64,000 bases of DNA from an uncultured Oscillospiraceae bacterium (GTDB taxonomy: Bacteria; Bacillota; Clostridia; Oscillospirales; Oscillospiraceae), in NCBI GenBank assembly GCA_964560435.1, contig CAZLLK010000005.1, forward strand, positions 5,711 to 69,710, in the 5' to 3' direction. The notes under the pieces were generated by a model. The model saw only the letters and a program-made list of their open reading frames with translations, was not told the origin of the DNA and made no database searches. Positions within the stretch are counted from its first letter, which is position 1, and each line of letters starts with the position of its first letter. Shown here one piece after another: positions 51,519-59,823 of the stretch. The position numbers and the translations under genes are program-made.

Positions 51519-51590
51519 AGAGTAAGACTGACATCAGTTATTTGACATTGCTACAATTTGTAATTACGTAACAAATCTTATTGCTTTAAT

Positions 51591-51803
51591 CAAATGAGCA
51601 AGTAATCAGAACGGCACCAATGGCATCTGCTATATCCGATGCTGAGGAAAACGGGCTTGTCCTCGGCTTTGGCTTTTTCAAACGCTTCGTCGCCCCACAG
51701 GAACCAGTCCGCAGGGTTGTGGGCGTGAGAAAAAAGATATGGCGGTTTTTCGTTTTTTAAGTAGTTGGAGTTCTTTTACTTGTTTACAATGAGCCACCTC
51801 CTC
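51591..51803 (-). repeat. 5' module copy 4 plus tail motif (no start codon, CC changed to RC)
   Basis: No ORF of 60 aa or more exists here. The nucleotide homology is clear (…GATGCTGAGGAAAACGGGCTTGTCCTCGGC…). RBS GAGGAGG is at 51797..51803. Confidence 0.95.
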
Positions 51804-51927
51804 AAAAATCAAATGAATAAAAAAGCAAAAGGATACTTATTATAGTATCCTTTTATTGCTTAATTGACCGTGTCAATTTAAAGTTAGGCTTGACTCTTAC
51901 CTTCCGAGAATTGATTTCAGTTGATTA

Positions 51928-52494
51928 TTATATGTAATTTGCTTTTTTCCAAAATGTTTTTTCGTGTAGTGAATTATTTAATATCGCAAATACTCCATAT
52001 CCAATTAAGCCGCCAATCGTGTTAAAAATTAAATCGTCGACATCTGCACGTCGTCCGATAAAATATTGGAACGTTTCAATGCAGACGATAAATGCTACGA
52101 TGCACAGCACCGTTTTCCACCACTTTCTACAGTTTTTAAACACAACGGGCAATATAAACCCTGCTGGTATTAGCATAATCAAGTTAATCAATACCTGCTT
52201 TGATATTTCTGTTATACCTATTTCGTTTATTTGTTTCATCCAAATAAACGGCACAAGATTCATATAATGATGTTCAGGATTAAGTGTAACATAACCATCA
52301 ATTAATATTGTCCCAAATGTCACATATAGAATACTTAATAAAACTACGATAAAAGTAAAATTAGCAAAATGGCGTTTAAATGGTCTTTTTCCATATTTTT
52401 TTCTTTTCACAAAATGCACAGGCAAGTAAAGTAAAAGTGATACTATTGTCACTCCTGGCAACACCATAATCAAATAGCCTAATAGAATACTCAT
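51928..52494 (-). CDS. VanZ family protein (cassette 5 cargo)
   Basis: 188 aa with VanZ-like motifs (NLVPF, LINLIMLIPAGFILP, ADVDDLIFNTIGGLIGYG). Confidence 0.75.
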   Translation of the reverse strand: MSILLGYLIMVLPGVTIVSLLLYLPVHFVKRKKYGKRPFKRHFANFTFIVVLLSILYVTFGTILIDGYVTLNPEHHYMNLVPFIWMKQINEIGITEISKQVLINLIMLIPAGFILPVVFKNCRKWWKTVLCIVAFIVCIETFQYFIGRRADVDDLIFNTIGGLIGYGVFAILNNSLHEKTFWKKANYI

Positions 52495-52669
52495 TATTCA
52501 TTTCTCCTCAAAATACAAATAATTTGTTATTCCTAAAACGTCTTTGCTTTTTTTCATGCATACCATCATCACTCATTGAAAACCACTTTTTTGTCTACAG
52601 TCTGCAATATATTTGTCTGTATTTAATTATTATGTCGTTTTTTATATATAGTTGCTGTAATAAATATAA

Positions 52670-53245
52670 CTAAAGCAATAAGAAAAATCGATACCGCAAA
52701 AAAATATAATCAGCAGTATAAGATTGCGCTTTATGGTTATCTTCTTTTGATTGTGGATTTTGTACGCTAGCATTGGTCAGAGCAGATGGTTTCTTTGCTT
52801 TCTCATCCAACCTTTTTTGTGCTTCATAGTATTCTCCGTCATTTATATATTCTTCATAACGAATTACCAATTCGTCTTGTTCGCCTACAAGCTTTAAGCT
52901 CTTATAGTCATCGGATGTGCTTTTGAAAACCCAAGTATCATCAATCTTATCGTCATCTAACAAAACTGCTACAATAAAGTCTCCAGTTTGGGGCTTATCA
53001 CTTGTCCCGTGATATTTATCAAACTTCTTTATTTGAACCTCAGATTGTTCGATGCTCCCCATCATTACCGAAGATGGTGTGATAGTTATTGTGTCGGTAT
53101 CAATAGCCGTAATTTTCCCAATGAATAGTGCCTTTTGTTCTCCTGCCATAAACGACTCAGGTATATCTCCCGCGAAAGCATTTAGACTCGTCAATGGCAA
53201 TAACACAAGAAATAAAAGAACAAAATTGCAAACTTTTTTCAACAT
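52670..53245 (-). CDS. Secreted hypothetical protein (cassette 5 cargo), C-terminus possibly altered by a homopolymer frameshift
   Basis: Signal peptide MLKKVCNFVLLFLVLLPLTSLNAFA. An A7 tract lies at 52698..52704 (see finding). Confidence 0.55.
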   Translation of the reverse strand: MLKKVCNFVLLFLVLLPLTSLNAFAGDIPESFMAGEQKALFIGKITAIDTDTITITPSSVMMGSIEQSEVQIKKFDKYHGTSDKPQTGDFIVAVLLDDDKIDDTWVFKSTSDDYKSLKLVGEQDELVIRYEEYINDGEYYEAQKRLDEKAKKPSALTNASVQNPQSKEDNHKAQSYTADYIFLRYRFFLLL

Positions 53246-53552
53246 TTCAAGTTCCTCCTAACAGCTCTTCTCCGACAAGTAATGTATCGAAATTATATTT
53301 TGTACTTTTATCTAAAAGAAATCATACATTATTTAACATTATATATTATAAAATATCCCAATGTCGAATATTGTCGAAATGTAATAGCAGGGTACCGTTG
53401 TGCATCTGATCCAAAGAATCATAACTTAAATAGCAAAATATAAAGGAAATATTTTCATGTATGTGAAATATGTAATAGAAATACACTTCTGAATAAACTG
53501 AGTTACAAATCCAATTTATTTTCAACTTTTTGATACATTCCCTGACAAATGT

Positions 53553-53770
53553 CAGTTGAGCAAGTAAATAAAACGATACCCAATGGCAGCAGCTATTTCC
53601 AATGCTGAGGAAAACGGGCTTGTCCTCGGCTTTGGCCTTGGAAAAAGCCTCTTTTCCCCACGGAAACCAGTCCACGGGGTTGTGAGCGTGAGAAAAAAGA
53701 TATGGCGATTTTTCGTTTTCAAGTGGTTGGGGATTCTGCTATAAGTCATTTTCAACACCGGCAACATTTT
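53553..53770 (-). repeat. 5' module copy 5 plus tail motif (frameshifted; outermost copy)
   Basis: ATG 53749: [10 protein letters not shown], then a 1 nt deletion, then [31 protein letters not shown] in another frame. The tail is VSFYLLAQ. Confidence 0.95.
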
Positions 53771-53875
53771 TTCAAAGAGCTAATCTTCACCTTTTAATGC
53801 TGCATTTGATACTGTATAATACATTAATACAAAACGACAAGTTGTAACTCTATTATTATGGGAGGTGTGAGAAAA

Positions 53876-54304
53876 ATGGATTTTGAATATGAAGTAACAA
53901 TTCCGGAGGAAAATGAAGCCGAGCATATAGGCAATATGTTACTGCAATTTAATATTGAGTCAAAACCGCTCACTCAGGAAAAGCCATTTATTAACATTAA
54001 CAGATGTATCAAAGATGATAACGGTGAGATTATAGGTGGAATTTTGGCTTGTTCGGCATTGTGGAACGTTCTATCTATTGACACGTTATGGGTAAAGAAA
54101 GAATGTCGCAATAATGGGATTGCAAAACAATTATTAAGTGTTGTTGAAAATGAGGCGAGAAATATTGGGTGCCATCTTGCATATCTGAGCACCTATGATT
54201 TTCAAGCTAAAGACTTCTATTTGAAAAATGGATATGAAATTTTTGGTGTTTTAGAGGACTGCCCTAAAGATCATAGGCTATATCATTTATCAAAAAAATT
54301 ATGA
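53876..54304 (+). CDS. GNAT family N-acetyltransferase
   Basis: 142 aa from ATG 53876, after GGGAGGTG. Core sequence WVKKECRNNGIAKQLL. Confidence 0.7.
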   Translation: MDFEYEVTIPEENEAEHIGNMLLQFNIESKPLTQEKPFININRCIKDDNGEIIGGILACSALWNVLSIDTLWVKKECRNNGIAKQLLSVVENEARNIGCHLAYLSTYDFQAKDFYLKNGYEIFGVLEDCPKDHRLYHLSKKL

Positions 54305-54446
54305 GCTTCAGTAAAGCTTTTTTCTTCATTTTTCAACTGTTTTTTAGGTCGCTTTTTCACCTTATATTGTATTGAGCATTGTAAAATGAAGGCAACAGTG
54401 ATATTCTAACATTTAGTAACTTATTGATTTTGGAGGAAAGAACATA

Positions 54447-55124
54447 ATGAAGAAACTGATTGTTTTATGTATGAGCGTTATACTGCTCATGAGCGCTCTG
54501 TCCGGCTGTGGGGATAAAATCGTCAAACCGACGGAGTCGCCAAAAGCATCTGCGGAATCGCCGCAAGCGCCTAACGTAGAAAAAGATAATTATCCTGTTG
54601 AATTGTCCAGCTCGGAGATTGCCGATTTTCAGACCGCCTTTAGCGCTGACGAAAATTACGGTTTCCTGCTCTCTGACTATAGCGATATTCGTGATATCGA
54701 TTTGTACCAGGTGCTTTACACAGGCGCAGGAATGGTTGACCCCGAAAACGCAGAAGAAATAACCACTGCTTATCTGGCTGCAATTGGCGAAACAGAGCTA
54801 TTTACCGATTGCACTATCCTAACCACAAAGCAACTCGATAACTTTTTGCTCTCGAAAACAGGGTATAAGCTTTCAGAAATGAAAAACACCTTAGGATGGG
54901 AATATATCGAAGCATATGACGCCTATGTCAATCAGCACGGTGATACAAACTACTTCGCCGCAACCTGCACTGGCGGCCGCGCTATCAGTCCAGACGTGTA
55001 CGAAATCGAATATGTATTTGAAGGCGGATTATATAGCACCGACGGCGAACTTTTTTCCGGTGGAACTGTGACCGTTAACACTGCGGGCGTTGCCTTGCAG
55101 TTCATTTCCAACATCATACACTGA
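54447..55124 (+). CDS. Lipoprotein, function unknown
   Basis: Lipobox LMSALSGC|GD. 225 aa. Confidence 0.6.
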   Translation: MKKLIVLCMSVILLMSALSGCGDKIVKPTESPKASAESPQAPNVEKDNYPVELSSSEIADFQTAFSADENYGFLLSDYSDIRDIDLYQVLYTGAGMVDPENAEEITTAYLAAIGETELFTDCTILTTKQLDNFLLSKTGYKLSEMKNTLGWEYIEAYDAYVNQHGDTNYFAATCTGGRAISPDVYEIEYVFEGGLYSTDGELFSGGTVTVNTAGVALQFISNIIH

Positions 55125-55181
55125 TACTTCAAATTCCTGAAGGTAGCTTGGCAGAAACGCCAGGAAATTTTCCGTCTCAAC

Positions 55182-55232
55182 AAAATAGATGCAAGTCGTT
55201 GGCAAAACGACTTGCATCTATTTTGTTTTTTT
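55182..55232 (+). terminator. Rho-independent terminator
   Basis: AAAATAGATGCAAGTCGTT / AACGACTTGCATCTATTTT, a 19 bp stem, then GTTTTTTT. Confidence 0.85.
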
Positions 55233-55295
55233 GAGGCTCACTGTCAATAACAGTTCCCCTTAATTAGGCTTAATACAGCAGCTCTTATTAATTAG

Positions 55296-56639
55296 TTAAT
55301 TTGCATCCCTATGGTGTAGGAACCTACGGCCCTTTACGTTTGCGTTTTTAACTTCCTCAACTTCATTCTTTTCACCAGCTTGTTCAAGATCCTTGAGTTC
55401 TTCTAATCTGTTCTCCGCTCGCTTCTTCAAAACTGCCGATATTTGAGTATTCATTTTTGCTTTGTGATAGTAATTTCTTGCTTCTTTGATATTTCCAAGC
55501 TTAGCATTTAATTCGCCAATTGTCATAACAAGCTGTATTTCACCGTCCGCTGACAAATCCAACTCCAGATAAGCCTTCATATATTTATCAAGGGCTTGCT
55601 TTGACAAATTCATTTCCATTTGCTCGTCTTTACAGTCTTGATACAGCCAGCTAAGCTTATGCAAAAGCTTTGCCTGAATTAGTTGGGCTTTTGAAAAGCT
55701 ATTTGGTGCACAAAACAATGCCAAATAGTATCCTGCAAAAATAGATGCAGTATCGGGCTTAGTTCCAAACTGAAAGTTAACAGTTTTTTTAAGCTTTTCT
55801 AGTTCTCCCGCCAAACCTGTTTCTAGGTCTTCAGCTTTTTCGAATATATTCTCCAACGCACTATATAGGCAATGTGGACAGGTTATTACCTCATAATAAA
55901 CCGGCTCAAAATCTTTATAATGCTTGCGCAGGTCATCATCTATGGTTGGGGCTCCAAGTTTGGACGATAGTATCTTTAGTCCTTTGAACTTGTTGCCACA
56001 TACAGGGCACCTGTAATCTGCCTCGCATATGCTTGTGTTGTCATTAGTTAACGTTAATTTATACTCGCCCGTGTGTCCTTCGGGGAACAATTTGAAGTCA
56101 ACCTGTGACGCAACCACCGCTCTTCCATCAATAAGTGGATCAGCAGGCTGAAGCCTATCATCTGCTTGATCGCATTTATTCAGAATGTTTGGCTTCGTTT
56201 CGGTGTCTTTATTAGCTAATATTGGTTTGCGTTCTATCCACATATTGCCTGTAGCAGCTTCATAATCATCTCTTATTTTTTCAACGCGGTCATACATGGC
56301 TTTCATGAGCTCATATGCAAATTTAGGTTCCCCTACGATAAATGAAGCCAAGCTGATCTCGCTAATTGGTAGTGCGATTACATCAGTAATTGCACTCGAT
56401 GTAATATGCAATCTTTTTTTGGAAAACACTAATGGTGTATCAAAGAAGTCACCTGGACCAACAGTTTCAATAACAGTATCATCCAGGCTATTTATTATAG
56501 CAACTTCACCTTGAAAAACCACAAACATTTCAGTGCCTGTTCCGTCTCTGCTAAATATTGTTCCACTTTCATATTTTCTAACTTGTGAAAAATCTTGTAA
56601 CGTTTCTATTTTGATCAACGGTATGCCCCCCACAATCAT
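55296..56639 (-). CDS. cNMP-binding-domain protein fused to a zinc-ribbon/helical (DUF2225-like) module
   Basis: N-terminal cyclic-nucleotide-binding-like barrel (GTIFSRDGTGTEMFVVFQGEVAI). Central CPVCGNKF...CPHCLYSA. Helical TPR-like C-terminus. Confidence 0.55.
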   Translation of the reverse strand: MIVGGIPLIKIETLQDFSQVRKYESGTIFSRDGTGTEMFVVFQGEVAIINSLDDTVIETVGPGDFFDTPLVFSKKRLHITSSAITDVIALPISEISLASFIVGEPKFAYELMKAMYDRVEKIRDDYEAATGNMWIERKPILANKDTETKPNILNKCDQADDRLQPADPLIDGRAVVASQVDFKLFPEGHTGEYKLTLTNDNTSICEADYRCPVCGNKFKGLKILSSKLGAPTIDDDLRKHYKDFEPVYYEVITCPHCLYSALENIFEKAEDLETGLAGELEKLKKTVNFQFGTKPDTASIFAGYYLALFCAPNSFSKAQLIQAKLLHKLSWLYQDCKDEQMEMNLSKQALDKYMKAYLELDLSADGEIQLVMTIGELNAKLGNIKEARNYYHKAKMNTQISAVLKKRAENRLEELKDLEQAGEKNEVEEVKNANVKGRRFLHHRDAN

Positions 56640-57077
56640 CTAATATGCTTTTAAATAATATAACCTCAGCTATTTTGCCCATTATTAATCTTTATTTGAC
56701 AGTTTCTGAAGCGTCAATTCACAAAACGCATTTACATTTGCCCCCTGCTACAGCGCTTTTCCTCCTAATTTTTTAGTAGCCGCAAAAAACATCCTCTCGG
56801 CTCCACAAGGCCAAAAGGATGCTTTTGTAACACATATGATTATATATGCAACTGGCTGACATAGCGATAATCCGCCTTAGTCCCTTTAGCTTTGCGCCAT
56901 CACCTTTCGATGATTTTGCCAATATTAAAAGGTCTTATGACCCAATCGGAATATCCATTATTGGTATTATAACCCAGTGTATATCACTTGTCAATTAAGC
57001 TTCATCTTGTATTGCGACAATTTTCGACATTCGCATCTGTGCATCATGCTCAATTTTCTCGGCAATGGTGGTTGACC

Positions 57078-57722
57078 TTAAAGGAAGGGTCTATCCAATC
57101 TGTTTTCGTAGCCGCCATGCTTCTTTTGCATTTTGTGCCACCCTATCTTTGAGACGCCGATTTTATCCAATGCATCTAGACGCCATACGGCAGATTTTGA
57201 AAGCTCATAGGGTTTTGCAAATTCCTTTATATACTTCTCAGAAAACGACCCAGTCTGCTCATAATCCAGACCAAACGCGGCAAATCTTTTTGCAAGCTTT
57301 TTGAACATCTTTGGCATAATGGCTATCCCTGCACACTCACCTTTGGCAACCGTACCAAGATAATTGTAGTTTAACTGTCTCATTAAATCTGCAAAATATC
57401 GAGATATTATTTCACTTTCTGCCGTTTCGGGGTAACCAGCCTGAATTACAAGTCCAAATGACTGATGAGAGTTGTTTGCAGGATGAAGCTTTTCAAAAAA
57501 CTTAATAACTCCCCCAGGTACCGCGTGTACATAATTCGGAGTAAAAATAATAACATTATCGAAGTCTTCTATGTATTTTATAAGGCTTTCCGTATCCTCT
57601 TTGGAAATCGAACGTATTTCGCAAGGCTGTTCCATTTCGCTAACAAATGCTTTTGCCAGAAAGTAGCTTCCACTTTTTTCGACATTTCCTTTTGGCGAGC
57701 CATTTAAAATAATAGTTTTCAT
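57078..57722 (-). CDS. Flavodoxin-like fold NAD(P)H-dependent oxidoreductase
   Basis: MKTIILNGSPKGNVEKSGSYF N-terminus, typical of the FMN-reductase / flavodoxin-like family. Confidence 0.6.
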   Translation of the reverse strand: MKTIILNGSPKGNVEKSGSYFLAKAFVSEMEQPCEIRSISKEDTESLIKYIEDFDNVIIFTPNYVHAVPGGVIKFFEKLHPANNSHQSFGLVIQAGYPETAESEIISRYFADLMRQLNYNYLGTVAKGECAGIAIMPKMFKKLAKRFAAFGLDYEQTGSFSEKYIKEFAKPYELSKSAVWRLDALDKIGVSKIGWHKMQKKHGGYENRLDRPFL

Positions 57723-58201
57723 CTCTTAACAACCTCACTTGAATAAAAATTAGAAACCGGTTTTATGGATATGTTTTTTGAGTAAAACTGTTTAAAAACT
57801 TTATTTATGTAATCGTAAAAGATTCTGCGGCCTTCTTCACTCTCAAATTCGCCCTCATAGTAAAATTCGATATCCGGATATTTTTCATATCTGGGTGAAT
57901 GCATTGTTCCGCCATCTGCGAAAATGCAGTAAGGAAGATAGTGCGGAATCATTCTGTCAATGAGTGTTTTTAGATTTCCACTGACAAAGCCTCTGTTAAG
58001 CTTTGCGAAAAAAACAGCCTTATCAGCGGTTAGGTAGTCATGGTAAAAACTGTCCAAGTCTTTATGTACACATCTGCCCGGCGTCGTCCACCAACAATTC
58101 CAGCAACCAAGACAATCCTTTACTGTTGTTGTGGATAAGTCTAATACAGGTGCCTCAGGTATACTAAAGTCTCCAAATTCTTTTATTACAACTGTTTTCA
58201 T
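57719..58201 (-). CDS. Flavodoxin-like family protein with Cys cluster
   Basis: 160 aa with CLGCWNCWWTTPGRC, as in iron-sulfur flavoprotein-like members. It overlaps the downstream gene by 4 nt. Confidence 0.45.
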   Translation of the reverse strand: MKTVVIKEFGDFSIPEAPVLDLSTTTVKDCLGCWNCWWTTPGRCVHKDLDSFYHDYLTADKAVFFAKLNRGFVSGNLKTLIDRMIPHYLPYCIFADGGTMHSPRYEKYPDIEFYYEGEFESEEGRRIFYDYINKVFKQFYSKNISIKPVSNFYSSEVVKR

Positions 58202-58269
58202 ATCGTATCTCCTTCTATTTCTATTCTATATTTCGCCATTGTTTTCACCGCAAATCGTTAAGCTTAATA

Positions 58270-58860
58270 TTATAAATTTTTCATCCAAAGAATATCCTCA
58301 ATCTTCGAGTCCCACTCCTTGCTATAATGAACGCCTTTCATATTAGCAATTGTCGATAACCCATGTACCGTCGCCCAACAGGAAATAAGTTTGACCTCCC
58401 ACAGATTCTTTGGAATCCCATTCGCCTTAAATATCGGCAAAACCGTTGTTTTAAAAAGCTCAAAGGGTGGAAAGTTCTCGTTTCCGTCATCTTCTAGTGA
58501 TAAATTTGCACGCGCACATGGTTGAGTAAATAGAAACGAAAAATACTCAGGATTATCAATAAAAAATAATACGTAGCATTTTCCCATATCAATCATCAGC
58601 TGCAAGGAAGTTTTATCGGAACACGAATCAATAATGTCCTGCATTTGACTTACCAGTTGAATTACAACATAGTCCTGCATACACTCAAGCAGATGATCCT
58701 TATTTCTAAAATGGCTGTAGGGTGCCGAATGACTTACGCCGCATAAAACAGCTATTTTTCTCAAGGACAATTGTTTTACACCCTCGTTGTTTATAAGCTG
58801 AATTCCCGCTTCAATCAGATTATTCCTCAAATCACCGTGGTGATAGGGCTTGCTATCCAT
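58270..58860 (-). CDS. TetR/AcrR family transcriptional regulator
   Basis: N-terminal HTH (LSLRKIAVLCGVSHSAPYSHFRNKDHLL). Confidence 0.88.
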   Translation of the reverse strand: MDSKPYHHGDLRNNLIEAGIQLINNEGVKQLSLRKIAVLCGVSHSAPYSHFRNKDHLLECMQDYVVIQLVSQMQDIIDSCSDKTSLQLMIDMGKCYVLFFIDNPEYFSFLFTQPCARANLSLEDDGNENFPPFELFKTTVLPIFKANGIPKNLWEVKLISCWATVHGLSTIANMKGVHYSKEWDSKIEDILWMKNL

Positions 58861-59035
58861 AGTGCAATGACTCCAATCTAAATAAACTTGACACTGTAAA
58901 GATTATGTCACGCAATCTTTACAGTGTCAAGTTGTTGGTCGAATTATTTATGCTTTTGCGAGACTAAAGAGTCTGCTAGTGCGGAGCAACCCCTCAAGGA
59001 GGTTTACCTACTCAAAAACAATTACTCATTAATGC

Positions 59036-59341
59036 TCAAAACATCGATAGCACAGAGTTTTTAGGTTGAACGCCCATCGACTTCTTCACTATTTCGCCAT
59101 TGTCCATAACAACGAGAGTCGGAATGCTCATGACTCCGAATTGGCGTGCTAGCTCCGGCTGCCCGTCGACGTTAACTTTGCAAATTTTCTTGTCTGTTAC
59201 CTCGTTTGCAATTTCTTCAATTACAGGAGAGAGCATTTTGCAGGGGCCACACCAGCTTGCCCAAAAATCGATTAGAACAGGAACGGTGGATTTCATTACT
59301 TCATTTTCAAAATTGTCTTTTGTAATAGTTACTACTGACAT
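59036..59341 (-). CDS. trxA: Thioredoxin
   Basis: WASWCGPCKM active site. About 101 aa from the second ATG, which has correct spacing to AAGGAG. Confidence 0.92.
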   Translation of the reverse strand: MSVVTITKDNFENEVMKSTVPVLIDFWASWCGPCKMLSPVIEEIANEVTDKKICKVNVDGQPELARQFGVMSIPTLVVMDNGEIVKKSMGVQPKNSVLSMF

Positions 59342-59823
59342 ATTAAGCATCTCCTTAAAGATTCGTTGGTATATTTCTTTCTTGATTTGTTTATATTATA
59401 TCCCTAAAACAACCGTTATTCCGTGATTCGGTCACTAAGAAATGCTTTTACAAAATATTTTTAAATCGCCATAAGCAGAACTTTTAGAAAAAGAAGTCAG
59501 AATCACTTACATTTTTGGCAAATACCGGCGTAAAAAAATAGTATTTCGGAACTTGCATAAAAACATACACAATATCGCCAAATGTAAGCCATGGTTGGTA
59601 ACACTCTGCAATACGCTCAACAAAAATCATTGCAAGTGGAACATCGGGTTATATACAGGCGGATTCCGAATTTACAGTATATGAGGTGAGAAAATGATTA
59701 TCGACGTTTTGGTTTGCCGGCCTGACGGCACGCAGGAAATTGAAAAACAAGAGGTTCCGGAGGATTGGTTCACAGTTCCTGAGGCGGTGCCACCAGTGGA
59801 AGAGAAATAAAAGAGTAGATTTA

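Larger units (their letters stand above)
46501..53579 (-). mobile_element. Array of five putative recombinase-less integrative cassettes
   Basis: Cassette boundaries are taken at the shared CCAATG/CCAGTG junctions: 46501..47561, 47562..48560, 48561..50349, 50350..51616 and 51617..53579. In gene orientation each cassette is tail motif, AT-rich cargo, then a 5' module. Confidence 0.45.

Noticed and set aside
46501-53770. CRISPR array as an explanation for the regularly repeated sequence
   Set aside because: The repeats are about 190-215 bp and are coding-gene fragments. The 'spacers' are 0.8-1.8 kb and contain genes. No cas genes are present.
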